In this document: positions 27,874 to 35,671 of the stretch, one piece after another
How the letters are laid out: the number at the start of each line of letters is the position of its first letter
Numbering within the stretch: position 1 is the stretch's first letter
The notes under the pieces: model-generated
What the model saw: the letters and a program-made list of their open reading frames with translations, nothing else
Databases searched by the model: none
Told to the model about the DNA's origin: nothing
Position numbers and translations under genes: made by a program
IMG/VR virus record: IMGVR_UViG_3300049924_000109
Coordinates: 1 to 40,943 of that record
Strand: one strand, 5' to 3'
DNA from: a virus
Lineage: Duplodnaviria > Caudoviricetes
Length of the DNA: 40,943 bases

Positions 27874-29303
27874 CTCCAGATTGACCAGTCAACACTAGAC
27901 GCCAGAATGTTAATGGCGTCGATCAGTGGGTCAATTTGGTCATCATGGGCGTGAGAATCGTCAGCCGTGAAGCTCTCACACTCTGCGATAAAGTCTGCGA
28001 CCCATGGCGCATTATTAGGAAGCATCACCGCCCCGGCTTGTAGCTTTGGCTGCACTTCCATCAGGCGCGTGAGTTTGTCTTTCGTACGCTGCACCGGTAT
28101 TACTGGCACGAATTGGCCAGTCTGTTGCAGTTGCTGGATAAGCCCCGTTCCGCTTGCCTTGTCCTCAATGTACATTGCCGATGCTTTGCCTTCAGTGCTT
28201 GCCCATATGTCGCGGGCCATTGATAGTAATCCAACTGCGTCAACTTTTCGCCGCCATAAATTGAGCATGTAGATTTTTCCATCATCACAAAGCAAGGCGT
28301 CAACAAATACAGTGAAGTCGTTGCGCTCGCCTGTTTTCATGGCTGTATCTGCAAAAATAGCCCGAGTTTTGTGCCGCTTCCAATCTGGCTGTTCATCAAA
28401 GCGCCCAAACCATGCGCCCTTGATAAGTCCGCCGCCCAGCGGGTTCGGCCTTTGTTGAAACTGCCCAGCCACCGCGTGACTGCCCATTATCTTTTTATCA
28501 CGCTCTACCACTTCGCGGCTAAAGCGGGCAGGAAATAACAACTCACCCTCTTCGGTTCTAGGGTCAGTAAATCCTATGCTGGTCTTGCACTTCCTGCCGG
28601 GCTCATATTCCATCGGGAGCATTAGATGCACATAGCCAAAATCACCGCACAGTATTTCGCCGCTTACGTCATTTTCGGCCAGTCGCTGCATGATGATGAT
28701 GATCGCGCTTTTGTCGGGGTTATTTAGGCGCGTTGGCAAAGTCTCCCTAAATATGCGGGTTGCTGCCTCTAGTGCAGCGTCCGAGTAGGCATCTTCAACA
28801 CTATGGGGGTCGTCCCATATTACAGAGTCCCCGCGACGTCCAGTCATACTGGTCACGGCGCAACTCTGCCGCCATCCAGTGGCAGTATTCTGAAAAAATG
28901 TTTTTTCGTTTTGGTCGGTGGTCAGCACTATCGGCCAAAGCGCCTGATACCAGTCGCTTGATATTAGCCTGCGAGTATGTAGATTGTCTCTCGTGGCCAG
29001 CTTTGCCTCATGGCTTGCGCCGATTACGCGCTTTGATGATAGCCCCATCGGCCCCCACTCCCATGCAGGCCACAAAACCCCCACCATCATCGACTTCATT
29101 GTCCCCGGCGGGATGTTTATCAGCAATCGGTTAATCTGCCCCTTGGTGACTGCCTCTAAGTGCTCAGCAATGGCGTCTATGTGCCATCCGTGCATATATG
29201 GTTGCGAAGGCTCAAGGCTTTTCCAAGCCCGCTGCACAAAGTAAGACAGGCTTTTACATTCCTCACGCTCAATGTTGCGCCAGTCTTCCTCAGTCAGCAG
29301 CAT
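27870..29303 (-). CDS. terL: terminase large subunit
   Basis: LLINIPPGTMKS Walker A, IWDDP Walker B, QFQQRP, IEDKASG, HDDQID nuclease motif. Confidence 0.95.
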   Translation of the reverse strand: MLLTEEDWRNIEREECKSLSYFVQRAWKSLEPSQPYMHGWHIDAIAEHLEAVTKGQINRLLINIPPGTMKSMMVGVLWPAWEWGPMGLSSKRVIGASHEAKLATRDNLHTRRLISSDWYQALWPIVLTTDQNEKTFFQNTATGWRQSCAVTSMTGRRGDSVIWDDPHSVEDAYSDAALEAATRIFRETLPTRLNNPDKSAIIIIMQRLAENDVSGEILCGDFGYVHLMLPMEYEPGRKCKTSIGFTDPRTEEGELLFPARFSREVVERDKKIMGSHAVAGQFQQRPNPLGGGLIKGAWFGRFDEQPDWKRHKTRAIFADTAMKTGERNDFTVFVDALLCDDGKIYMLNLWRRKVDAVGLLSMARDIWASTEGKASAMYIEDKASGTGLIQQLQQTGQFVPVIPVQRTKDKLTRLMEVQPKLQAGAVMLPNNAPWVADFIAECESFTADDSHAHDDQIDPLIDAINILASSVDWSIWS

Positions 29304-29724
29304 CTTTTGCGGCTAGCAATTCGCGGCGTGCGGCGCTCGATAGCTTTGTGACATCCAAGGTCGTGGTAATGGCTGCCTCAATTTGATGCTTCGTCGGCTC
29401 GTTATACCCGTGCATGGCGTTCAGCTCTTTAACGGCCCCAGTCATGCCGCTAGCGTTGGTCTGTTCCTTGGCTACCTTGTAAGCCTCTACAAGCGCCCTG
29501 ACGCTCATTTCACGTGTCCAAAGGGCCTTTTTTTCCAGCTTGCTACGCAACTCTTGCACCCTACCCGATACCGCCCCGTCAGACATAAGCTCACTTGCGC
29601 GCTTATGGATTGTCTCTGCCTTCATGTTTTCAGCATTAAAGGCCGTCCGGTATGCGTCCGCCTGGCTCATGCCATCAGCGATGCAGGATGCGAATTTTTC
29701 TTGCTTAGGGGTTAGTGCCGTCAT
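29290..29724 (-). CDS. terS: terminase small subunit
   Basis: LTPKQEKFA...SQADAYR HTH N-terminus; overlaps terL start. Confidence 0.88.
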   Translation of the reverse strand: MTALTPKQEKFASCIADGMSQADAYRTAFNAENMKAETIHKRASELMSDGAVSGRVQELRSKLEKKALWTREMSVRALVEAYKVAKEQTNASGMTGAVKELNAMHGYNEPTKHQIEAAITTTLDVTKLSSAARRELLAAKDAAD

Positions 29725-30401
29725 GATGCAGCATCAGAATAATGGAGCGCGTCGGTCGGTACTGCCCCGCCCAGCTCCGAGGGGGTCTCGGAGTCCTGCT
29801 TTTTGACACGCTTAGGATATGGCTTTGCTAGTGCTGCAATTTTATCACGCATTGCCGAATCAAGAGGCATAAGGTATTTGTGCTTCCACATAACCGGGCT
29901 TTTTTCCATGCCCTTGATTGTTCCAAACAAGGCGTTTGCAGTTCGCTTGTGCATCACTTTGCCGTTATACATTACCTCACATTGAGCTTGTAATGCGCCA
30001 GTGTAAACCCAGCCAGCGGCCTGATAAACACCGCCATGATGGCCTTGCAGTGGATCGGCATAACTCACAATCAAACGCAAACCGGGCGAGTTTTTTTGCA
30101 GGAACCTCATCGCGATTGACATAACACGGCTTACCGCTGTTTTGTGCCGCGTCATTGCGATTCGTGTCAATTCACAAACCTGCGTTTGGTCAAGTTGATA
30201 CGGCGAACCAAGATTGTTGTTAGCGCCGCGTGAAAACAATACGACGCCTATAAATTTTCCATTCTCCCACACGCCAACCTTAACAATTTTCCCAGCCGGC
30301 AGGCATTGGCTGTAGTGCCACTTCTCACAAGCAAACTTTGCAGCCTCATGGGTTGCCCAATCGATTTTCAGAATCGGTTTATTTGTGGAATTCATGGCCA
30401 C
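29721..30401 (-). CDS. Mom-like DNA adenine modification enzyme (GNAT fold)
   Basis: HYS...GVWENGKFIGVVLF...ELTRIA...IVSYAD..QGHHGGVYQAAGWVYTG...KHKY...PYPK resembles phage Mu Mom family. Confidence 0.8.
   Translation of the reverse strand: MAMNSTNKPILKIDWATHEAAKFACEKWHYSQCLPAGKIVKVGVWENGKFIGVVLFSRGANNNLGSPYQLDQTQVCELTRIAMTRHKTAVSRVMSIAMRFLQKNSPGLRLIVSYADPLQGHHGGVYQAAGWVYTGALQAQCEVMYNGKVMHKRTANALFGTIKGMEKSPVMWKHKYLMPLDSAMRDKIAALAKPYPKRVKKQDSETPSELGGAVPTDALHYSDAAS
29743..29811 (-). ncRNA. tRNA-Gly-like element lacking a D-arm, inside the mom 3' end
   Basis: 7-bp acceptor GCGUGUC/GACGCGC + U + CCA; 6-bp stem with 7-nt loop centred on CCC; imperfect T-like arm. Confidence 0.55.
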
Positions 30402-30873
30402 AACTTGGGCATTTTATTGGGCTTTTTTCATCTAGCTTGCCCTGATCATCCAAAGTGCCAGGCAGAAAGTCAGCGCCAAGTCCCATGGCGAGATTTAGCT
30501 CATTAGCATCAAAGCCGGTCAGCTCCATATTAAAACCATCGTCATTTAATGACAAAAGCTCCAATTGCAACGCCTCAGCATCCCACCCGCTATTTAACGC
30601 GATTTTATTGTCTGAAATAATGTAAGCCCGTTTCTGGGTGTCGGTCAGGTGCCCCAGCCTGATGCACGGCACTTCCTCTAGCTTCAGTTTGCGTGCAGCC
30701 ATTACGCGGCCGTGGCCTGCAATTATCCCGCCGTCAGCGTCGATCAGCACCGGGTTGGTGAATCCAAATTCCCTGATGCTTGCCGCAATTTGCGCCACTT
30801 GCGCGTCACTGTGTGTGCGGCTGTTTCGAGCGTAAGGTATTAGATCAGCTATTGGCAACGATTCTATTTGCAC
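30379..30873 (-). CDS. ParB/Srx N-terminal domain protein
   Basis: LIPYARNSRTH...SIREFGFTNPVLID..GGIIAGHGR...DNK; C-terminal CPSCGHEF. Confidence 0.88.
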   Translation of the reverse strand: MQIESLPIADLIPYARNSRTHSDAQVAQIAASIREFGFTNPVLIDADGGIIAGHGRVMAARKLKLEEVPCIRLGHLTDTQKRAYIISDNKIALNSGWDAEALQLELLSLNDDGFNMELTGFDANELNLAMGLGADFLPGTLDDQGKLDEKSPIKCPSCGHEFHK

Positions 30874-31154
30874 GGATTATTCCCCATCCTAGCCTCACCA
30901 TATAGTGCGGCATAGCTCACCAAGCCCTCGCATGAGTCTTGGTGCGGCTCTATGCGCTGGTTGTCTTGTGCCATTTTCAGCAGTGCCATGAATAGGCAGC
31001 CGTGCGCCTCAGTTAATGACTTGCCAGTGATGGCGTTGAATGCCTGCACTGCGGCCTTTATAGATCGTTCGCCAGTTGGGCAGTCGTATTGTTCAGCACG
31101 CTGTTGTAATAGCGTCTTGGCCTTGTTTAGCAACTGATCGGCTGTTATTTTCAT
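30864..31154 (-). CDS. DUF6378-like protein (nucleotide-metabolism-associated helical domain)
   Basis: RAEQYD...ERS...FNAITG...FMALLK...DS.E..VSYAALYGE; start taken at ATG 31154. Confidence 0.65.
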   Translation of the reverse strand: MKITADQLLNKAKTLLQQRAEQYDCPTGERSIKAAVQAFNAITGKSLTEAHGCLFMALLKMAQDNQRIEPHQDSCEGLVSYAALYGEARMGNNPCK

Positions 31155-31265
31155 GTTGATTTTGTTGATAGGTGCCGGGGTCTCTGGATACCGCGCCCCC
31201 GGCAGCGCGTTCAACGCGGTAGGAGAAGGGTGCAGAAACCCGAAACCGCTACCAGAGTTGGCCGC

Positions 31266-31274
31266 ATTATATCA
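31266..31274 (-). promoter_or_regulatory. extended -10 promoter upstream of the DUF6378-ParB-mom-terminase genes
   Basis: TGaTATAAT overlapping the stop codon of the HTH gene. Confidence 0.55.
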
Positions 31275-31496
31275 CAATTTTTTGCTTTGAGTAAAAAATC
31301 GCGGCCTATCTTGCTCAATCTTTATCAGCCAATAGTCCCACAGTGATGGGTGCATGTTTCTTTTGCCGCTTTCCCAGTCTTGCCACGTCCTCAGCGCATG
31401 GCCTACCAGGGCGGCGGCTTGGCTTTGTGTCATCCCTGTTTTTTTGCGGGATTCTTTTATTTGGTGCGGTTCAGGCTTAATCATTATTTGCATCAT
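31272..31496 (-). CDS. XRE-family HTH regulator
   Basis: RKKTGMTQSQAAALVG..LRTWQDWESGKR. Confidence 0.88.
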   Translation of the reverse strand: MMQIMIKPEPHQIKESRKKTGMTQSQAAALVGHALRTWQDWESGKRNMHPSLWDYWLIKIEQDRPRFFTQSKKL

Positions 31497-31499
31497 CCG

Positions 31500-31697
31500 T
31501 TAGACATCGCCACGGATGGCTACAATGCGCGCTCGCGCAAGGCGACGCGACACCTCAAGCGCCGCGCCAATGCTTACCGTGCCAAAAGTCACCGTAGATA
31601 GAACTCCGTCAATAATTTGCGCTGGCCCCATCAATGCGCGCAAAAACCACGCTTTCGCGCTTGGCTCAGGCTTTAGGTTCACTTTTGCCCTGCTCAT
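31500..31697 (-). CDS. hypothetical protein
   Basis: 65-aa ORF, ATGA overlap with upstream gene. Confidence 0.55.
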   Translation of the reverse strand: MSRAKVNLKPEPSAKAWFLRALMGPAQIIDGVLSTVTFGTVSIGAALEVSRRLARARIVAIRGDV

Positions 31698-31975
31698 TCT
31701 TCGTCCTTCACTTTTGCTTGTAGAAACTTAATATGCGAATAAATTTCGCGCTCTATGGTCTCTCTGGCGTGCTTGTGAAGTGCAGCATCGCGGGCCGCAC
31801 CTTTGCAAATGGCCCCGGCTGTGCTGTTGAAAGACTCCCAAAACCCAATGTGGCCTGATGTTTCTGCCACGGTCAGGGCACCCCATGTGACCGTCATATG
31901 GTTGCCGCGCTCGTTGATTTCCAGGGTTGCTGGTTGCCCCGCGATGTCATCAAAGTGGAAAATGTCGTTGCTCAT
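31694..31975 (-). CDS. hypothetical protein
   Basis: 93 aa, preceded by the repeated leader. Confidence 0.7.
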   Translation of the reverse strand: MSNDIFHFDDIAGQPATLEINERGNHMTVTWGALTVAETSGHIGFWESFNSTAGAICKGAARDAALHKHARETIEREIYSHIKFLQAKVKDEE

Positions 31976-32003
31976 GATTTTGTCCTTTTACGTTGATAAT
32001 TTT

Positions 32004-32240
32004 TCATCTATATGCAGGCAATAACTCGGCGGTACTCCCATCAGCATCGACAAAGCGCCCACCGGAACTGTGGTATGGAATTTCTCTAAATCGATAAGTA
32101 GGGAATTTTTCGGCTATTTTCAATTTTGCGGTGCATGCAGTGTACTTTCCTAGTCTCGTCTTTTTTTCGTGGAATTTGTCATTTTGATCACGAACAATCT
32201 CAACGATGTCCCATTCTTGTGAAATTTGCTGGCGCGCCAT
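32004..32240 (-). CDS. hypothetical protein
   Basis: 78 aa, preceded by the repeated leader. Confidence 0.7.
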   Translation of the reverse strand: MARQQISQEWDIVEIVRDQNDKFHEKKTRLGKYTACTAKLKIAEKFPTYRFREIPYHSSGGRFVDADGSTAELLPAYR

Positions 32241-32282
32241 GATTTTGTCCTTTTGTGTTGATTGGCCCCGTAGGGCCTTGGT

Positions 32283-32516
32283 TCAGTTAGATAGCTTGAT
32301 GGCTCTTGTAATGGTGTCGCAAAATATGCCTGCGTGATAGTCTGTCATTGAATCACTAACATCATCTTCGCGCCGTGCATTGATGCAAATTACATAATCT
32401 TCTTGGTTAATAAAAGAAATAATTCTGTTTGCTTTTTTTGCCCAATAACTGAATCCGTCATTAGAAACCGTGAACCCTGCTTTTTCTAGCTTTTTGACTG
32501 CGTTTGCGACTTTCAT
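32283..32516 (-). CDS. hypothetical protein
   Basis: 77 aa, preceded by the repeated leader. Confidence 0.7.
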   Translation of the reverse strand: MKVANAVKKLEKAGFTVSNDGFSYWAKKANRIISFINQEDYVICINARREDDVSDSMTDYHAGIFCDTITRAIKLSN

Positions 32517-32586
32517 TTTTTACCCTTTTACGTTGATTCCGGTGCCCCCGGCTGGGTTGGTAGCTTATCTGCTGCCCATGCCCTGA

Positions 32587-32614
32587 ATCATACACGCAAA
32601 TTTCACAATGTCAA
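32587..32614 (-). promoter_or_regulatory. sigma70 promoter
   Basis: TTGACA-16 nt-TATGAT upstream of the small-gene array. Confidence 0.75.
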
Positions 32615-32651
32615 CGCTTTGTTGAAAATTATTTCAATCGGCCTTGCGCTT

Positions 32652-33116
32652 TCAATAGCTTTTTTCTATGTTTGAAGCTGCCCACTCAGCCACCACGCGC
32701 TTGTATATTCTTTGTATATAGCCGTAGTACTCAGCAAGCGTTATATTTGTGCGCTGTGCATCGTGGTATTCGTGCAGCTCGCGCACGGCCTGTAGGCCCT
32801 CACCAGTTAGGCCCATCCGGCCTGTGGCCCTGTACCGTGCATCCGCGTCAATCAGGTGCCGCTCGGCTTTCTGGCAAGCCTCTAGCACCTCTAATCCTAT
32901 GCCATCCTTGCTCATCTGCTCGGCGATTTTGAGCATCACGCATAGATGCTGCCAGTCGAATTCGGTAGCCTTGCCCATCCTGAATGCCTCAATTGCCGTC
33001 AGCTCCAGCAGTCTTAGATGGCTCAATTTTTCGCCCTCGATAGGCTTCACGCCTTCAATGACGTGGGCAAGCGGATTTATCAGGGGGCGGTACTTTCGCC
33101 TGGTCTTTTTACGCAT
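32652..33116 (-). CDS. hypothetical phage protein
   Basis: 154 aa, basic N-terminus, coupled to the upstream gene. Confidence 0.7.
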   Translation of the reverse strand: MRKKTRRKYRPLINPLAHVIEGVKPIEGEKLSHLRLLELTAIEAFRMGKATEFDWQHLCVMLKIAEQMSKDGIGLEVLEACQKAERHLIDADARYRATGRMGLTGEGLQAVRELHEYHDAQRTNITLAEYYGYIQRIYKRVVAEWAASNIEKSY

Positions 33117-33366
33117 TCATAAGCCTTTTGATTGTTACATTTAGCGCGTCCAGTTCATCCATTTTGCGGATTCTCCAAAACGCTTTTGTCCCGTGCCATC
33201 CGTTGTATCCCTGATGGCACTCTTTACACAATGCCACGGCGGTGTATTGGCGGCCCTGCCTTATGTGGTGTGCGTCACTTGGCCCCGGCGCGTCACATAC
33301 TGAGCACGGCAATTCCTTGACCTTTGCAAGATGGGCGCGATCTCTGTCAGTCAGTCGATTTAGCAT
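33109..33366 (-). CDS. Zn-binding HNH-like nuclease (Ref/DUF968-like)
   Basis: PCSVC...DAHHIR...LCKECH...GWHG; start taken at ATG 33366. Confidence 0.7.
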   Translation of the reverse strand: MLNRLTDRDRAHLAKVKELPCSVCDAPGPSDAHHIRQGRQYTAVALCKECHQGYNGWHGTKAFWRIRKMDELDALNVTIKRLMNA

Positions 33367-33757
33367 CGTCACTCCATTTAACGCCCTGCTGCGCACCAAA
33401 GGCCATCACCAGCTCCAGTAGGTCGCTAAATTCTTGTTTCGTCATTTTGCTTGTTGACATCCCTAGCACGACCAAATTTCCATCTATCCCTGGCACTACA
33501 CGGTGTTTTTTCAGGCTTGCCGTGAGTATGTGTTTCCAGTCTTCAGCGTCAAATTTCACCCCGTGCCACGTTACCTGCCTGCTAATGTCATTTAATGCTG
33601 CCCATAATTTGCGGTTTTGATCCGGGCTTCGCTTTTCTCGCTTCACCGTAATGGTCAGCACATGCCCGGCCATTAGGCTGGCCTTGATCTTTGGCCACAG
33701 CCCAGCAAGCACTGTATGCGCCTGCTGTGGGTTGTGCAGCGTCTCGGTGTAGCTCAT
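33347..33757 (-). CDS. ninB: NinB family recombination protein
   Basis: KRSPDQNRKLWAAL.DIS.QV.WHG...EDWK...STSKMTKQEFSDLLE..MAFGA. Confidence 0.92.
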   Translation of the reverse strand: MSYTETLHNPQQAHTVLAGLWPKIKASLMAGHVLTITVKREKRSPDQNRKLWAALNDISRQVTWHGVKFDAEDWKHILTASLKKHRVVPGIDGNLVVLGMSTSKMTKQEFSDLLELVMAFGAQQGVKWSDDAKSTD

Positions 33758-33927
33758 CTAGAGACCAGCTCACGGGCCTCTTGCATCACTTCCCAATCTT
33801 CAGGGCAGTCTCTCTCAAAGCTACAGCCATCAGCGCATACGTCCGATCTTTCGCAGCATGGGCATTTTGCATAATATCCAACGAATTCCTCCAGCTTTTC
33901 TAAGTAGATTTTTTCTTCGTCTGTCAT
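33754..33927 (-). CDS. small Cys-rich protein (57 aa, not in ORF track)
   Basis: MTDEEKIYLEKLEEFVGYYAKCPCCERSDVCADGCSFERDCPEDWEVMQEARELVSR; ATGA overlaps at both ends. Confidence 0.7.
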   Translation of the reverse strand: MTDEEKIYLEKLEEFVGYYAKCPCCERSDVCADGCSFERDCPEDWEVMQEARELVSR

Positions 33928-34382
33928 TTTGACCCCACAAAATATTTGTAAGCCGCCTTATGCGAGTGATTTTTTGCGGCCTCTTCAGCCTCGATACTCT
34001 TGCCCATGCGCTGATGATTACGGTCGATCAGCGCACGATGACGTGACTCGCTGTGGTGCCCCACCTTGATCGGCTCACCAAGCGAAAGAAAGTCGCGGCC
34101 TTCCATGGACTTGGCGGCCCATTCATCAGACTTTGCGCGTTGTGACTCAGCCCACGCTTGATACTTCGCGGCCTTCTTTTCTGCGTATGTCTGGCGGTTA
34201 GTACCGTCACACCGAGTCACCGAATAGTAGTAACCGGTGGAATTTTTGACGACCAGATTGTGTACTTCACAGTCACGCTGTTGGCCGTACTTATTTGCAA
34301 CTTGGATAATTTCGCCTTTTGTGTGCTCTTGCTCACACTTGGCTAACCAGACATTAGGACAATACTTTGCAAATGTGTTCAT
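33924..34382 (-). CDS. DUF3560-like protein, probably C-terminally truncated
   Basis: LGEPIKVGHHSESRHRALIDR motif. Confidence 0.75.
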   Translation of the reverse strand: MNTFAKYCPNVWLAKCEQEHTKGEIIQVANKYGQQRDCEVHNLVVKNSTGYYYSVTRCDGTNRQTYAEKKAAKYQAWAESQRAKSDEWAAKSMEGRDFLSLGEPIKVGHHSESRHRALIDRNHQRMGKSIEAEEAAKNHSHKAAYKYFVGSK

Positions 34383-34386
34383 TGGA

Positions 34387-34433
34387 CACTCCGTTTCGTT
34401 GTTGATGCGTGAATTGTAGCACGCTTTTTGCGC
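34387..34433 (-). promoter_or_regulatory. promoter-RBS cassette, copy 2
   Basis: TGcTACAAT and GGAG; 40/47 identical to 27328-27374. Confidence 0.7.
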
Positions 34434-34442
34434 TTTTGTGCA

Positions 34443-34844
34443 TCATGGGCGAAAATTTTTAACCGCCTCAATTGCCGCGTCTGCTATCTCATAAGCCGAA
34501 TTCTCAGTCCACCACGTTGGCATCATGCCGCCCATGTCCTGCCTAAATTTTTCGATGATCTCCAATTGCTTTTTGGTGTACGGCACGGGGCTGGATGGCC
34601 TCATCTTGGAAGCCTCCACAATGGCCTGCTCAATGGCTACCTTCGCTATCAGCATAGCCGCCGCCGTGGGAGCAGTCGCTGGGGTAACGTCGTATTCGTA
34701 CCGTTTGCCGCCGTCTTTGTAGGCGTAGGTCAGCCTAAATGTTCCCGCCTGCATACTATCATGGCAATCCTCGTACCATGCCGCGCCTACTGGCACATAT
34801 CTTTTCCCGACCTTTTTGTACCTTGGCTCAGTCTTTTTTTCCAT
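34443..34844 (-). CDS. hypothetical phage protein
   Basis: 133 aa, AAAGGAG RBS, YKKVGKRYVPV N-terminus. Confidence 0.7.
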   Translation of the reverse strand: MEKKTEPRYKKVGKRYVPVGAAWYEDCHDSMQAGTFRLTYAYKDGGKRYEYDVTPATAPTAAAMLIAKVAIEQAIVEASKMRPSSPVPYTKKQLEIIEKFRQDMGGMMPTWWTENSAYEIADAAIEAVKNFRP

Positions 34845-35188
34845 GCTTTCGCTCCTTTAAATTTTGACCATAGACGACCCCCGAGAATCCCGACCTGTAC
34901 CGGTCTTTTTGATTCTCTCAGCCAACAATTTAATCAGTATCAAGAAAAAAGGCCAGAAAATACAAATTGGCTGTTTCTTCTTTCACTGCAAAACGCCCGC
35001 TGCTCACTTGGTGCCTGATTTACATTGTCGAGCGCCCTATCGTGGGCCAAACGCTGATTGTCGGTTGTTCTGCTCGTTTTTGCAGTCGCTCAGGAACGCT
35101 GCGCCGCCGGGGGTCATGAGCGGCATCGGTTTATGAGTGCGGCCCCGACATTGGCCCATTAGCTAACGCGCTCTGACGGCAGGAATGG

Positions 35189-35287
35189 AAAAAGCCTTTA
35201 CAACTGCCCTCGGTAGGAACCCCTGAGCCAGTAGGGGCGAGAGCATGTGTAAAGGCTTTTTACTTACATCACTTCCTACGGTGATGT
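35189..35287 (-). ncRNA. structured RNA candidate
   Basis: perfect 14-bp outer stem, nested stems, 5' hairpin whose loop is complementary to an internal bulge; directly downstream of a consensus promoter. Confidence 0.6.
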
Positions 35288-35291
35288 GCAA

Positions 35292-35319
35292 ATTATAACT
35301 CAAATTTTGCCAGTGTCAA
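35292..35319 (-). promoter_or_regulatory. consensus sigma70 promoter
   Basis: TTGACA-16 nt-TATAAT. Confidence 0.8.
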
Positions 35320-35671
35320 CATGTTCAGGGATATTTGTAAGCCTCACACGCACAAAGCCGCCGATCTTATCTTGCACGTAGGGAAAAGTGCGGAACCGCT
35401 TATCGTCTATCCCCAGTGCCAGCGCCACACCGTCCCGGCCGTGCTTAAAAGCGGCGATGATGTTGTCATCATCCCTAGCCCTTCGATCAGGTGGGTAAAA
35501 GTCCAGCCACAAAGCAATGCGATCACCATCAGGCACCACTAGGCAAGCCTCTTTTGTAAGCGCCCAGCAGGCTTGTTTGTATTGCTTTGCGATGGCGGAC
35601 TTCTTCGCCCAGTGCATCCTCGCATTAGGGCTAAGATCTTTAGGCGGCCATGGTAAAACAACTGCGTGCAT
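35300..35671 (-). CDS. RusA-like Holliday junction resolvase
   Basis: LPWPP..LSPN, FYPPDRRARDDDN...K...DGVA..LGIDD. Confidence 0.8.
   Translation of the reverse strand: MHAVVLPWPPKDLSPNARMHWAKKSAIAKQYKQACWALTKEACLVVPDGDRIALWLDFYPPDRRARDDDNIIAAFKHGRDGVALALGIDDKRFRTFPYVQDKIGGFVRVRLTNIPEHVDTGKI

Larger units (their letters stand above)
31973..32537 (-). repeat. three copies of a ~25-nt gene leader ATCAAC(GT/AC)AAAAGG..AAAA..ATG
   Basis: copies at 31973-31997, 32238-32262 (23/25 identical) and 32514-32537, each ending at a start codon. Confidence 0.85.

Noticed and set aside
29743-29811. Canonical translating tRNA gene
   Set aside because: No D-arm, no U33 and no TTC T-loop; reported as a tRNA-like element instead
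34428-35136. Plus-strand ORFs of 196 and 90 aa
   Set aside because: Shadow of a minus-strand gene with a good RBS; no start signals; atypical composition
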